Assembly: GCA_017507285.1 (NCBI GenBank) | Contig: JAFWBF010000155.1 | Span: 1-54,731 of the forward strand | Direction of reading: 5' to 3' | From: Bacteroidales bacterium | Lineage (GTDB): Bacteria; Bacteroidota; Bacteroidia; Bacteroidales; P3 | DNA length: 54,731 nucleotides | Shown: positions 1 to 10,489 of the stretch, one piece after another | Layout: every line of letters begins with the position of its first letter | Numbering within the stretch: the first letter of the stretch is position 1 | Position numbers and translations under genes: made by a program | Notes under the pieces: generated by a model | What the model saw: only the letters and a program-made list of their open reading frames with translations | Database searches by the model: none | Told to the model about the DNA's origin: nothing

Positions 1-55
1 ACTAAAACACCAAATAGAGCTAAAAATCTTTTCATTTTATTAACCTCCTATAATA

Positions 56-523
56 TTATTGCATGTTTTTTATTGTGTTCTCGATGTCGGTATTATATTT
101 GTACGAATCATCTACTATACGATGTATGGTTCTTATGCTTCGCAAAACCAAATACCTATTTGTAGTGTCAGACGTTTCGAAATACACTTCTTTGTTCCAA
201 TGTTGATATTGATAACTGTCGAAGTTGTATGCAAACACGCTGAATGTATTTAAATCTATTTGTATTGTTTGAGGTAGTGCTACATTGGTTTGCTTGTTTA
301 CAACATCCGATATTTGATAAACAATTGCACTATCAGGCAGTACATTCGTCTTGTAGAAAGCTGCTTGGGCATATCTACAATAGTATTCCACTTTTTCGCT
401 TGGCAAATCGTTGTAAGTACTTGCCGAAAAATGTGGCGATACCAATTGTTGGCAGTTTTGTGCTGTTACTGTCATGCCGAAACAGACAAACATGCAGATG
501 AACAATAATTTCGACTCTTTCAT
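56..523 (-). CDS. hypothetical secreted protein
   Basis: 155-aa ORF with a Sec-type signal peptide (MKESKLLFICMFVCFGMTVTAQ). No recognisable catalytic motif. Confidence 0.55.
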   Translation of the reverse strand: MKESKLLFICMFVCFGMTVTAQNCQQLVSPHFSASTYNDLPSEKVEYYCRYAQAAFYKTNVLPDSAIVYQISDVVNKQTNVALPQTIQIDLNTFSVFAYNFDSYQYQHWNKEVYFETSDTTNRYLVLRSIRTIHRIVDDSYKYNTDIENTIKNMQ

Positions 524-1088
524 AATTTTCCTATTTTAAATATGTTAGACACTATATTTTGTTTCTATTCTTTTTGTTTCTACTTATTATGACTGAGCTT
601 TTAGAATTATAGTTGTTAAATATGTGTTAAACCTTTGATTTCTCTCGAAAATATTGGTTTAATTACTTATTTCTTTGCAACTATGTACACAACAATATTA
701 CAGTAGTTTGTATATTAAAGTAATATAAATCAAATTATTGTAGATATATTGTGCCCCAAAAACCCAATATATAATCATTTGCAAAGATATATTTTTTTTG
801 CCATTGCTACAAGAATTTTTTTTTATAGTTTACACAAGATTTCAACATTCTTTGTGTATTTTGCATTGTTGTTATATATTTTCTTGTAGATTAGTATGTT
901 ATTGTTGATGTCTTTTGGAGGTTTGAATGATTTTTGTTGTATGTTATAAAATTTCTACCGGATGGTTTTGTTGGTTTTGTAGTATACTCTAAAATATTTA
1001 GGTCTATTGGGTAGATATATATTTATTAATACTTTGATTTTTAGAGTGTAAAGATTGATTAAATTTTTGATATGCGAAATTGAAAAGG

Positions 1089-1188
1089 GAGTAAACGACT
1101 GATTGAAATTTATATCACGACTGAAATTTGTCTACATCACGCAGTAGTTGCGTCTAGATCAGGAGAAAAATTTATCTACATCACGATG
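1089..1188 (-). repeat. 22-bp phased tandem array, core TACATCACG (CGTGATGTA on the minus strand)
   Basis: Units start at 1111 (tatatcacgact), 1133 (tacatcacgcag), 1155 (tagatcaggaga, degenerate) and 1177 (tacatcacgatg), with a weak unit at 1089. Spacing is exactly 22 bp. Confidence 0.8.
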
Positions 1189-1507
1189 TATTTTTTAGGT
1201 TGTATATTGTCCAAAAATTGATGGTATACCATTATGCTCGTAATACCCTACTGCAAAACAATTGACAATAGGGTATAAATATGCATGTATAACTACTACA
1301 GAACTTTTGCAAAATCAATATTCTGTAAATCAGGTTTTAGAAGTTGCTTATTTTGTTTTTCATTTGACTGTTGTTGTTTTTATGCTTTGTGAATAAGTTA
1401 AAAATGACGTCAAATTGCTGTTGTAGCCACTCAATTGTTATACACTACTAAGCATTGTTGTTGGAATATTAATGATATTGCTCTTTGTATATATGCCGAA
1501 AAAGATG

Positions 1508-1515
1508 TATATTTG
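1508..1515 (+). promoter_or_regulatory. Bacteroidetes-type -7 promoter box (TAnnTTTG) upstream of ychF
   Basis: TATATTTG lies about 50 bp upstream of the ychF ATG. Confidence 0.5.
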
Positions 1516-1562
1516 CAGTGTTATACGATAGTTGAATAATATATTATAGATAGCATAAAATC

Positions 1563-2663
1563 ATGGGATTACAATGTGGAATAGTAGGACTTCCCAATGT
1601 AGGAAAGTCAACATTATTTAATTGTTTAAGCAATGCAAAGGCACAAGCTGCCAATTTTCCGTTTTGCACAATAGAACCCAATGTTGGGGTTATTACCGTT
1701 CCGGACGAACGGTTAAACAAACTTGTAGAGATAGAAAATCCTCAAAGCGTGGTGCCTGCTACTGTGGAAATTGTGGATATAGCCGGTCTGGTACGTGGCG
1801 CCAGTAAGGGTGAGGGATTGGGTAATAAATTTTTGTCCAATATTCGTGAGACGGATGCAATTATTCATGTGCTTCGTTGTTTCGAGGACGACAATATTAC
1901 CCATGTTGATGGTAATGTGAACCCTGTTCGTGATAAGGAAACAATTGATACCGAGTTGCAAATAAAAGACCTTGAAACTATAGAAAACCGTTATGCCAAA
2001 GAGGAGAAAAAAGCCAAAACTAATGGCGATCAAAAGGCCAAAAAATTGGTTGAGGTGATGACTCTTTATCGCGAAGCATTGTTGAAAGGCAAATCGGCTC
2101 GTACGGTGGAACTCGACGATAGCCAATTGGAGGCTGCAAAAGATTTGATGTTGCTTACTGCTAAACCTATATTATATGTATGTAACGTTGATGAGAGTGC
2201 TGTAGTGAAAGGTAATAAATATGTTGATGCTGTGCGCGAGGCTATAAAGGATGAGAATGCCGAACTTCTTGTGATAGGTGCCGGTATAGAGGCCGATATT
2301 GCCGAGTTGGAGTCTTTTGAAGAGAAACAGATGTTTTTGGAGGATCTTGGATTGGAAGAATCGGGTGTGAACCGTCTTATAAAAGCTGCCTATAAATTGC
2401 TGGATTTGCAAACATTTCTTACAGCCGGACCCAAAGAGGTGCGTGCTTGGACTTTCCGCAAAGGTATGAAAGCTCCGCAAACAGCCGGTATCATACATAG
2501 TGACTTCGAAAAAGGATTTATTCGTGCCGAGGTAATAAAATATGAAGACTATGTATCCCTTGGTTCAGAAGCTAAATGTAAGGAGATGGGTAAGATGAGT
2601 GTGGAAGGAAAAGAATATGTGGTGCAAGATGGTGATATTATGCATTTCCGTTTCAATGTGTAA
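1563..2663 (+). CDS. ychF: ribosome-binding ATPase YchF (Obg-family GTPase/ATPase)
   Basis: The N-terminus [20 protein letters not shown] carries the G1 P-loop. The 366-aa length and the C-terminal TGS-like end ([17 protein letters not shown]) are typical of YchF. Confidence 0.95.
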   Translation: MGLQCGIVGLPNVGKSTLFNCLSNAKAQAANFPFCTIEPNVGVITVPDERLNKLVEIENPQSVVPATVEIVDIAGLVRGASKGEGLGNKFLSNIRETDAIIHVLRCFEDDNITHVDGNVNPVRDKETIDTELQIKDLETIENRYAKEEKKAKTNGDQKAKKLVEVMTLYREALLKGKSARTVELDDSQLEAAKDLMLLTAKPILYVCNVDESAVVKGNKYVDAVREAIKDENAELLVIGAGIEADIAELESFEEKQMFLEDLGLEESGVNRLIKAAYKLLDLQTFLTAGPKEVRAWTFRKGMKAPQTAGIIHSDFEKGFIRAEVIKYEDYVSLGSEAKCKEMGKMSVEGKEYVVQDGDIMHFRFNV

Positions 2664-2683
2664 CTAACTAAAGGTTGCTGAGC

Positions 2684-4711
2684 ATGATTTTTAAAATAGA
2701 GGCCGATTATAAACCTATGGGCGACCAACCCGAAGCTATACGTCAGTTGGTGGAAGGTGTAAGAAATAACCAAAAGGGACAAGTGTTGCTGGGTGTAACA
2801 GGCTCGGGCAAAACCTTTACGGTGGCTAATGTGATTGCTCAGCTAAATAAGCCTACCCTAGTGCTTAGCCACAATAAAACTTTGGCGGCACAACTTTATG
2901 GCGAGTTTAAGCAGTTTTTTCCTCACAATGCTGTGGAGTATTTCGTATCGTACTACGACTACTACCAGCCGGAGGCTTTTATTCCATCAACCAACACCTA
3001 TATTGAGAAGGATTTGCAAATCAACGACGAGTTGGAGAAGTTGAGGATACGTGCCAGTTCTGCTCTACTATCGGGTAGGAGAGATGTAATAGTAGTATGT
3101 TCGGTATCGTGTATCTATGGTATAGGTAATCCTGAGGAGTTTAAGAACGGAACTATTTATCTGAAGGTTGGAGATAAGATGAACCGAGATGTATTTCTGC
3201 TAAACCTTGTAGATTCGTTGTATACACGAAACGAGATAGACTTTATTAATGGGCGTTTTAGGGTTAAGGGTGATACCGTTGATGTTTTTCCATCGTATGC
3301 TGATTTTTGCTATCGTATATCCTTTTGGGATGATGAGATAGATGGTTTGCAGTCGTTTGATCCACTTACCGGAAGAACTATCGACATCATGGATGAGATT
3401 GTTATATACCCTGCCGGTAATTTTCTTACATCCAAAGAACGGCTCAAAGAAGCCCTATTCGGTATCGAAAATGATATGTTTGAGCGTAGGGATATGTTTA
3501 TAAATGAAGGTAGACTACTTGAGGCTAAGAGGTTGGAAGAGAGAGTAAATTACGATTTGGAGATGATACGTGAGGTGGGGTATTGCAGTGGTATAGAAAA
3601 TTATTCCCGTTATTTTGATGGGCGTAAGGAAGGGTCTAGACCATTCTGCCTTATCGACTATTTTCCCGACGATTTCCTGATGGTTATTGATGAGAGCCAT
3701 GTAACAATACCTCAGATACATGCCATGTATGGTGGTGATAGAAGCCGTAAGATGAACCTGGTGGAGTATGGTTTCCGACTGCCATCGGCGTTGGACAATA
3801 GGCCACTTACTTTTGACGAGTTTTATAACCTAAGTAACCAAACAATATATATAAGTGCCACACCTGCCGATTATGAGTTGCATGAAAGTGAAGGGGTTGT
3901 GGTAGAGCAGGTGATACGTCCTACCGGCTTGCTAGATCCGGTGGTGGAAGTTCGTCCAGCAACATCGCAAGTTGATGACTTGTTGGACGAGATAGAAGAT
4001 GTGGTGTCTTCCGGTGAGAGAGTGTTGGTGACAACCCTTACCAAGCGTATGGCAGAGGAGTTTACCAAATATCTTGGTAACTTAGGAATACGTTCCAAAT
4101 ACATACATTCAGACGTTGATACATTGGAACGTGTTGAGATTATGCGAGATTTGCGTATGGGGGTGTTTGATGTGTTAGTGGGCGTTAATTTGCTAAGGGA
4201 GGGCTTGGATTTGCCTGAGGTGAGTTTGGTGGCTGTGCTTGATGCTGATAAAGAAGGTTTTCTTCGAAATGATAGGGCATTGATACAGACTATAGGGCGT
4301 GCTGCTCGTAACGTGCACGGTAGGGCTATACTATATGCCGACAAGATAACGGCATCTATGCAGAGAGCTATGGACGAAACCAATCGTCATCGTGAGAAAC
4401 AAATACGTTACAATCAAGAACATGGTATGGTACCTCGACAAATAGTGAAATCAACCGAGGCAATATTGGGACAAACATCGGTGATAGACCTTGCAGCAGA
4501 GCAGAGTGCCGAATATTATGTTGCTTCTTCTGCTACTGTTTTCCAAAAAACGGAAGAAGAAAAAGTCTATCGTAGCAAAGACGAGATAAAGAAAGCCCTT
4601 AATGCTGCTCACCGTAATATGCAAAAGGCTGCCAAGGAGTTGGATTATATGGCTGCTGCCAAATATCGTGACGAGGTGAAATATTTGCAACAGTTGCTAG
4701 AGAATAGATAA
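2684..4711 (+). CDS. uvrB: excinuclease ABC subunit B
   Basis: Contains GDQPEAI, the Walker A motif GVTGSGKT, the YYDYYQPEA motif, helicase motifs and a C-terminal UVR domain (AAKYRDEV). The ATG at 2684 is preferred over the TTG at 2675 used by the ORF track. Confidence 0.95.
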   Translation: MIFKIEADYKPMGDQPEAIRQLVEGVRNNQKGQVLLGVTGSGKTFTVANVIAQLNKPTLVLSHNKTLAAQLYGEFKQFFPHNAVEYFVSYYDYYQPEAFIPSTNTYIEKDLQINDELEKLRIRASSALLSGRRDVIVVCSVSCIYGIGNPEEFKNGTIYLKVGDKMNRDVFLLNLVDSLYTRNEIDFINGRFRVKGDTVDVFPSYADFCYRISFWDDEIDGLQSFDPLTGRTIDIMDEIVIYPAGNFLTSKERLKEALFGIENDMFERRDMFINEGRLLEAKRLEERVNYDLEMIREVGYCSGIENYSRYFDGRKEGSRPFCLIDYFPDDFLMVIDESHVTIPQIHAMYGGDRSRKMNLVEYGFRLPSALDNRPLTFDEFYNLSNQTIYISATPADYELHESEGVVVEQVIRPTGLLDPVVEVRPATSQVDDLLDEIEDVVSSGERVLVTTLTKRMAEEFTKYLGNLGIRSKYIHSDVDTLERVEIMRDLRMGVFDVLVGVNLLREGLDLPEVSLVAVLDADKEGFLRNDRALIQTIGRAARNVHGRAILYADKITASMQRAMDETNRHREKQIRYNQEHGMVPRQIVKSTEAILGQTSVIDLAAEQSAEYYVASSATVFQKTEEEKVYRSKDEIKKALNAAHRNMQKAAKELDYMAAAKYRDEVKYLQQLLENR

Positions 4712-4752
4712 ATTGGATATACAAATATAATGATATGAGAGGATAGCTTGAT

Positions 4753-5745
4753 ATGATGTATCGGTCGGAAAATACGCAGCAAGTGCGACACAACAAAACA
4801 AAGCAACGATGGCAACGTATTGTTATGGTTGTTTTATTGGTTGCTGTTTGTGTGGTTGTATTTCTTGTTATTAATAAAAATTCGATCGATGTATATACTA
4901 ATGTTGCCGAAACTAGGGATGTAACTAGAGCGCGTATGGAGGCAAAGCATAGTTTGGATAATTATGTTATTAGTAATGATGAACCATTATCCTCGCGTAG
5001 GTATCATAAGATATTCAACGATAATAACGATATACAGCTTGCTGCTGCTCGACTCAACGGCATTAGTAAGCCATTCTCTACGAGGGATGATTTTGTAAAT
5101 CTGCCACAGCTTATGTATATCAATCATTGTTCACTATATTATATAAATGAACTTACACATTCGTTGCCATATCTTGTGCCATCGGCAAGAGTTTTGCTAG
5201 ACGATATAGGGTTGCTCTTTAGGCATAAGGTAAAAGAAAAATATCCCGATGCCGACTACCGTATTATAGTTACCAGTCTTTTACGGACAGAGGAGGATAT
5301 ACGTAAATTGCGGCGTCGGAACCGTAATGCCACGGAGAAATCATGTCACCGCTATGGTACAACATTTGACATTGCTTATGCTCGATTTGATAAAGTTGAG
5401 GGACGTAATGTAAACGAAACAATTCTTAAAGATATTCTTGCCGAAACGCTCTATGAGTTGCGTCAGCAAGGCAGATGTTTTGTTATATACGAACGTAGAC
5501 AACGTTGTTTTCACATTACTGTACGTAAAGTAGACTATAAATTCAACTCAGTGCTTGACTGTATAGATATGATACATTATTATGCTATGATAGAGAGTGG
5601 AAATGGATATTTTCATGTAGCTGCATATCATCCGGATATTGATGTAGTGCCATCACATACTGTGGAGTCTAAATCGTCAGAAATCAAGAAAAAAGTTATT
5701 GTATATGACAATTATGACACATCTTCGCATGTGCCATTCCTGTAG
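4753..5745 (+). CDS. membrane-anchored LAS/M15-like (VanY-type) metallopeptidase-fold protein, function unknown
   Basis: N-terminal TM helix (IVMVVLLVAVCVVVFLVI). SCHRYGTTFD fits the SxHxxGxxxD zinc-ligand motif of M15 D-Ala-D-Ala carboxypeptidases. The assignment rests on this motif only. Confidence 0.5.
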   Translation: MMYRSENTQQVRHNKTKQRWQRIVMVVLLVAVCVVVFLVINKNSIDVYTNVAETRDVTRARMEAKHSLDNYVISNDEPLSSRRYHKIFNDNNDIQLAAARLNGISKPFSTRDDFVNLPQLMYINHCSLYYINELTHSLPYLVPSARVLLDDIGLLFRHKVKEKYPDADYRIIVTSLLRTEEDIRKLRRRNRNATEKSCHRYGTTFDIAYARFDKVEGRNVNETILKDILAETLYELRQQGRCFVIYERRQRCFHITVRKVDYKFNSVLDCIDMIHYYAMIESGNGYFHVAAYHPDIDVVPSHTVESKSSEIKKKVIVYDNYDTSSHVPFL

Positions 5746-5815
5746 ATTATAAATTGGTTGAACTCTACGCTATAAATTATGGGCTATAAATCTTTGCATA
5801 TTTAAATAAAAGTTG

Positions 5816-5823
5816 TATCTTTG
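5816..5823 (+). promoter_or_regulatory. -7 promoter box (TAnnTTTG)
   Basis: TATCTTTG lies about 70 bp upstream of the ATG at 5892. Confidence 0.45.
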
Positions 5824-5891
5824 CAAGATATACTTAAACATTGTTATATATATAAGTGCCTGAATTATAAAAAACAAAAACATTTACAAAT

Positions 5892-6407
5892 ATGAAGAAA
5901 CACATTTTATTTATTGCTATGGCAATATCGTTTATGGGACTTTTTGCCCAAGTAAGAATACCGGATGGTAACTTTTCGTTCGAATTGCCCAAAGGATGGA
6001 AATATCTTTCGACCAATAAGGTTGATAATAGAACTAAAGTGTACTTATATTCGGCTCAAGAACTTGTGTCTGCACAAGGTGATACCACGTTGCCTTTCTT
6101 GAGAATATATGTGCGTACAGCCACCAAAAATAAAACGGCTATGGAATTGAGTATAGATCGCTTTATGGAACAACCATTCCAAACCATGGAGGAATATACA
6201 TCTGGATTATATCTTCCTACTCGTGATGCAATAGCATATTTGGGAGCAAATCGTGACGAGGTAGATGGAACCGAAAATCAGTTCTATATACTTTATTTTA
6301 TGCATAAGAATACAGCAATAGAATTTCGATTACAAACAACAAAAGAAACATTTGAACAAGTAAAGAACGAATTCGAAACTATATTAAAGTCTATAGTTGC
6401 CTACTAA
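5892..6407 (+). CDS. hypothetical secreted protein
   Basis: 171-aa ORF with the signal peptide MKKHILFIAMAISFMGLFAQ. No recognisable motifs. Confidence 0.6.
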   Translation: MKKHILFIAMAISFMGLFAQVRIPDGNFSFELPKGWKYLSTNKVDNRTKVYLYSAQELVSAQGDTTLPFLRIYVRTATKNKTAMELSIDRFMEQPFQTMEEYTSGLYLPTRDAIAYLGANRDEVDGTENQFYILYFMHKNTAIEFRLQTTKETFEQVKNEFETILKSIVAY

Positions 6408-6444
6408 TAACTGGATTAGAAACTGGATAGTTGTTCTTGTTTAT

Positions 6445-6478
6445 TATGCGAAGTTGAAAAACTTCGCATAAATTTTTT
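6445..6478 (+). terminator. Rho-independent terminator
   Basis: Stem tatgcgaagtt / acttcgcata with loop gaaaa, followed by a T-run at 6473-6478. Confidence 0.75.
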
Positions 6479-6592
6479 GTGTGCATATATCAGTTTATAT
6501 GTTGGCTGTTATTTTTATGTCTTTCTATGAAACATTGGCTGATATTTTACGTACAATGCTTGAAATACTATATTTATACGAGAGAAAATGAT

Positions 6593-9385
6593 ATGAAGAG
6601 ACTTATAATATTTCTTACGTTGTGTTTGTTGGCTGTTTATGCTGTGGCTGCTGTTGAGGGCGATACAAATTATATTGACTACTACCAGAAAGAGTACAAT
6701 AAGGTGTTTAAGGAATATACCAATGATCCCACATCTATAGTAAATATGTTGGCAATGTCAGAGTTTTATTCGGCTGAAAACAACCCGATGAGAAATTTGG
6801 CATTAGCTATGCGATATTTGCTTGAGGCGGAGGAGAAGTATTTGGCATTGGTTAATGATAATTCGCAGTATAAAAAGGTTAATAAGTTGATAAAACAGAA
6901 GATAACCATTGCCTCAATACGGAAGTTGAAAACAAGGATAACCGATGATTTGTACAAATGCATTGATAGCGAGAAGATACTATTTCACCAATGTGACGAC
7001 TATATTGAAGTCTTTGCTTTTAGTAATCAGGCATTAGAAGCTCTAAAGCATTACAAGGCAGAGTTGGCATACCGCAAAGCTGAGGAACTCAACACTGTAG
7101 AAGCATATCTTGAATTTGTCGGCAGTTATGCGAACCACAAGAGGTCAAAACAGGCTCTGAAAAAGGTGCAAGATTATATTATAGAAGATATAGATAATGC
7201 CGATACTGAAGAAAAAGTAGATATAGCCTTGAAACCATATATTAACGACACTATACGTCGATATGCTGAAAAGAAAAAAGGTAAGATAGCTTACCGTGCC
7301 ACTTTGAAGATAAATACCGTGGAGGCATACAAAGAATATTTATCGCATTACCCCTCGGCTGATGAGTATGTTATGGCTTTGGAGCGGATAGACCATTTGT
7401 TGTATGATAAATTTGTAACTCTATCGTCGGCAAGTGAATATGCTGCTTTCGCAATGTCGTATACTGATAGCCCATTATCTGAACAAGCTGTGGATAGTAT
7501 AGTGGCAATGATATTGAACGATAGGAGTATAGAGGCTTTGGATGTATATCTGAAAAACTTTACGATGGATTATCGTTATAATGACGTGTTTCAAACATAT
7601 TATCGTTGGCACACAGTTGAAGGTGGAACAGCTCCTATAGAGTATTTTGCTTCCGAATATCCGAATTATCCATTTCTATACTCTCTTACAACCGACCTCG
7701 AACGTTCTCGTAAAATAGATGAGATGAATTTTATGGTTGATTTCGAGGAGAAAAATTTCCGAGAATATACTGATTTTATAAAGCAGAATATGACAGTAGG
7801 TGTGGCATACGTAGCTTTGCAACGTATGATACAGGGTATGATAAAGAAAAAGCGATGGAATGATGCAGTGAGACGATTGCAGACAGTTTCGATTTGTTTT
7901 GAAGATAATAATGTGAAGAATTATAATGACTTGCTTGCAATACTAAAAGAGACAGGTGATAAGAATATAAAATTGGAATCTACATTTTCTCCAAAGTCTG
8001 AAGTTAAAAATGTGGCTGTAACATTTGATGGAACAACGATGTATTATACACAGCAGGATATGTTTGGAGGCACTACAAGGATAGCAAAGGCTAAAAATGT
8101 GAAAGGTAGATGGGCAGAGGATAATAGTGATGTGGTGTTTGGTAATATTGATAATAAAGGGTTGGCTGTATTCTCCTTTTTTGATGACGATACCAAGATG
8201 CTGATAGGTAAGGAAGATAATATTGCAGTAGCTGAGTTTGATGCTTCTACACAGCAATGGATGTTGGCCTCAATAATGCCATATCCTATCAATACCGATG
8301 CTTATGATGGTGATGCTTTTATGTTGCCCGATGGTTCGGGAATATTGTTTGTTAGTGATAGGAGGGGTGGATTAAATTTGCAACCCTCAAGGGCATACTT
8401 TCATGGTGATACTGCTTTGGCTTCTGATATATACTTTGTGCCTCGAAAACAGGTGTATGGATGGGGTGATGCTATAAACCTTGGTCCTACGATAAACACT
8501 ATCTACTGCGAGAGATCGCCAGTGATGAGCAAAGATATGAAAACTATATACTTTGTATCTGATGGTCATGGCGGATTGGGCTATTTGGATGTGTATAAAT
8601 CTACTCGTTCTTCATCTGATTCTTGGACCGATTGGTCGGAACCGATAAATATTGGTAAGGTTGTGAATACAGGATTTTCAGAATTGTCATTGGCGTTGAG
8701 TCAAAATGAAGATTATCTTTATGTGATAACCGACAGAAATTGGAAATACGAAATGTTGAAAATGTTGCTTAATAATAATGATGTTGTATTTGAAAGGGAT
8801 ATGAAGATATATTGCAACAATGACTTGAAATTAGGTGCTAGCAAGGCATCCCTTACTATAATTGACCTTGATGCAGGATTGCCGAAAGGTAACTATATGT
8901 TTTCAGCCAATGAAAGGTTAGTAGAAATGAGACTCTTTACCGGGAAAACATATATAATAAATTCATTGTTACATGGCTACTATTCACCAATATGTGTGCT
9001 GAATGCAGGGTTGTTGGATAATGTGGAGATGATATATCACGACATTGATGAGCTTAAAAATAATAAAACTACATTGCCTCTTGTATTGGTTGATTATTTA
9101 GGTAAAAATAGTGTTACACTTGCTGATAAATCTTACTATGAACTGAATAATATTGCTGATTTTATGAAAAATAACCCCAATTATATGGTGGAAATAATAA
9201 GTAATGTTGACATTGACGATGTGGAGAAGGCTTATAATCTTTCTCAAAGTAGAAGTTGTGCAATAAAGGATTATATTGTAAGCATAGGTGTGGATAAAGA
9301 TAGAATAATAGCATCAGGTTTTGCAAATACTGCCTATTTGTCCGAATCTGATACGGTATATCAAACAGAGATAAGAATTTGGTAG
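6593..9385 (+). CDS. large secreted multidomain protein: helical/TPR-like N-terminal region, PD40 (TolB-like beta-propeller) repeats, degenerate OmpA-like C-terminal domain
   Basis: The signal peptide MKRLIIFLTLCLLAVYAVAA begins at the internal ATG at 6593. PD40-like repeats are present (PDGSGILFVSDRRGG, MKTIYFVSDGHGG). The C-terminal segment (SQSRSCAIKDYIVSIGVDKDRIIASGF) resembles an OmpA_C domain. The 38-codon upstream extension in the ORF track was rejected. Confidence 0.65.
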   Translation: MKRLIIFLTLCLLAVYAVAAVEGDTNYIDYYQKEYNKVFKEYTNDPTSIVNMLAMSEFYSAENNPMRNLALAMRYLLEAEEKYLALVNDNSQYKKVNKLIKQKITIASIRKLKTRITDDLYKCIDSEKILFHQCDDYIEVFAFSNQALEALKHYKAELAYRKAEELNTVEAYLEFVGSYANHKRSKQALKKVQDYIIEDIDNADTEEKVDIALKPYINDTIRRYAEKKKGKIAYRATLKINTVEAYKEYLSHYPSADEYVMALERIDHLLYDKFVTLSSASEYAAFAMSYTDSPLSEQAVDSIVAMILNDRSIEALDVYLKNFTMDYRYNDVFQTYYRWHTVEGGTAPIEYFASEYPNYPFLYSLTTDLERSRKIDEMNFMVDFEEKNFREYTDFIKQNMTVGVAYVALQRMIQGMIKKKRWNDAVRRLQTVSICFEDNNVKNYNDLLAILKETGDKNIKLESTFSPKSEVKNVAVTFDGTTMYYTQQDMFGGTTRIAKAKNVKGRWAEDNSDVVFGNIDNKGLAVFSFFDDDTKMLIGKEDNIAVAEFDASTQQWMLASIMPYPINTDAYDGDAFMLPDGSGILFVSDRRGGLNLQPSRAYFHGDTALASDIYFVPRKQVYGWGDAINLGPTINTIYCERSPVMSKDMKTIYFVSDGHGGLGYLDVYKSTRSSSDSWTDWSEPINIGKVVNTGFSELSLALSQNEDYLYVITDRNWKYEMLKMLLNNNDVVFERDMKIYCNNDLKLGASKASLTIIDLDAGLPKGNYMFSANERLVEMRLFTGKTYIINSLLHGYYSPICVLNAGLLDNVEMIYHDIDELKNNKTTLPLVLVDYLGKNSVTLADKSYYELNNIADFMKNNPNYMVEIISNVDIDDVEKAYNLSQSRSCAIKDYIVSIGVDKDRIIASGFANTAYLSESDTVYQTEIRIW

Positions 9386-9548
9386 TTTATAAATTATCTA
9401 TTTATGTGTGAGATGCTAAATTTATTATTATGTAAATTATACTGCATTATGAGTTGATAAACGCTTAATTATGTATTTATCGTCCACATTTATATAAAAT
9501 TGTTGGTTTCTTTTTGTAGAAAAGGTTCGTAAATTGCAGATAAATGTG

Positions 9549-9556
9549 TAATTTTG
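9549..9556 (+). promoter_or_regulatory. -7 promoter box (TAnnTTTG)
   Basis: TAATTTTG lies about 40 bp upstream of the ATG at 9594. Confidence 0.45.
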
Positions 9557-9593
9557 TCGCTTGGATTATTGTAATATATAACATATTTACGCT

Positions 9594-10403
9594 ATGGAAC
9601 ATTTATTCATTCAATTCGATGGAAAGAAAATACATTATCAAGATGAAGGTAGAGAATTTGATAATGTAATAGTGCTTTTACATGGATTTCTCAATTCACT
9701 TGATATATGGGCATCGTATGTCTATACTTATATGAGAGCATCAAGAGTTATTGCCATCGATTTGCCGGGACATGGATTGTCTGATACCTATGGAGAGGTG
9801 CATAGCATGGAGTTTATGGCTCGAGCAGTAAAGACTGTACTTGACAATTGTGGTATAACGCATTGTGTGTTGGTAGGACATTCGATGGGTGGATACGTCT
9901 CATTGGCGTTTGCAGATGCATACCCATATATGCTTAAAGGTTTGGTATTGTTGCATTCACAAGCTCTTATGGATAATGATATGGTGAAAGAAAATCGTGT
10001 AAAGGCATGTAAGGCTGTATTAGATAATAGATCGGCTTTTGTGGTAGGTTTTATACCAGAGTTATTTGCAAAAGACAATCGTGATGTGTTCAATAGAGAA
10101 ATTAAAGATTTGCAGGAAGATAGTCTTAGAACTTCTGAAGAAGGTATTGTGGCAGCACAAAATGGAATGTTGGCCCGACCAAGCAGAGTGTATCTTCTTT
10201 CAGAGTTGGAATGTCCTATATTGTTTGTTTTAGGAAAGCATGATGGTCGTATTCCTTTAGAGTTGGGTTTGAGTCAAGCTATGTTGCCCAAATATTCCGA
10301 AACGATAATACTTGGTAACGCTTCGCACATGGGACATATTGAAGAAAGGAAATATTTGAAGATGAAGATTTACAATTTCTTGCAGTCGTGTTATTTAATG
10401 TAA
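9594..10403 (+). CDS. alpha/beta-fold hydrolase
   Basis: HGFLNS oxyanion region, nucleophile elbow GHSMGG, and a C-terminal His (ASHMGH). Confidence 0.85.
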   Translation: MEHLFIQFDGKKIHYQDEGREFDNVIVLLHGFLNSLDIWASYVYTYMRASRVIAIDLPGHGLSDTYGEVHSMEFMARAVKTVLDNCGITHCVLVGHSMGGYVSLAFADAYPYMLKGLVLLHSQALMDNDMVKENRVKACKAVLDNRSAFVVGFIPELFAKDNRDVFNREIKDLQEDSLRTSEEGIVAAQNGMLARPSRVYLLSELECPILFVLGKHDGRIPLELGLSQAMLPKYSETIILGNASHMGHIEERKYLKMKIYNFLQSCYLM

Positions 10404-10451
10404 TACTTTTTGGATAAGAATAAAGTTACTAACGATATTATATGATTTTGG

Positions 10452-10489
10452 TAGCAGTTATATGTTCTTGTTGGACATAATAACTGCTA
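10452..10489. terminator. hairpin between convergent genes (possible bidirectional terminator)
   Basis: tagcagttatatgt ... acataataactgcta forms a stem of about 14 bp with one bulge. It overlaps the stop codon of the minus-strand gene. Confidence 0.5.

Noticed and set aside
6479-6592. 38-codon upstream extension of the large PD40/OmpA-like protein.
   Set aside because: A typical signal peptide (MKRLIIFLTLCLLAVYAVAA) starts at the ATG at 6593. The upstream part overlaps the terminator of the preceding gene.
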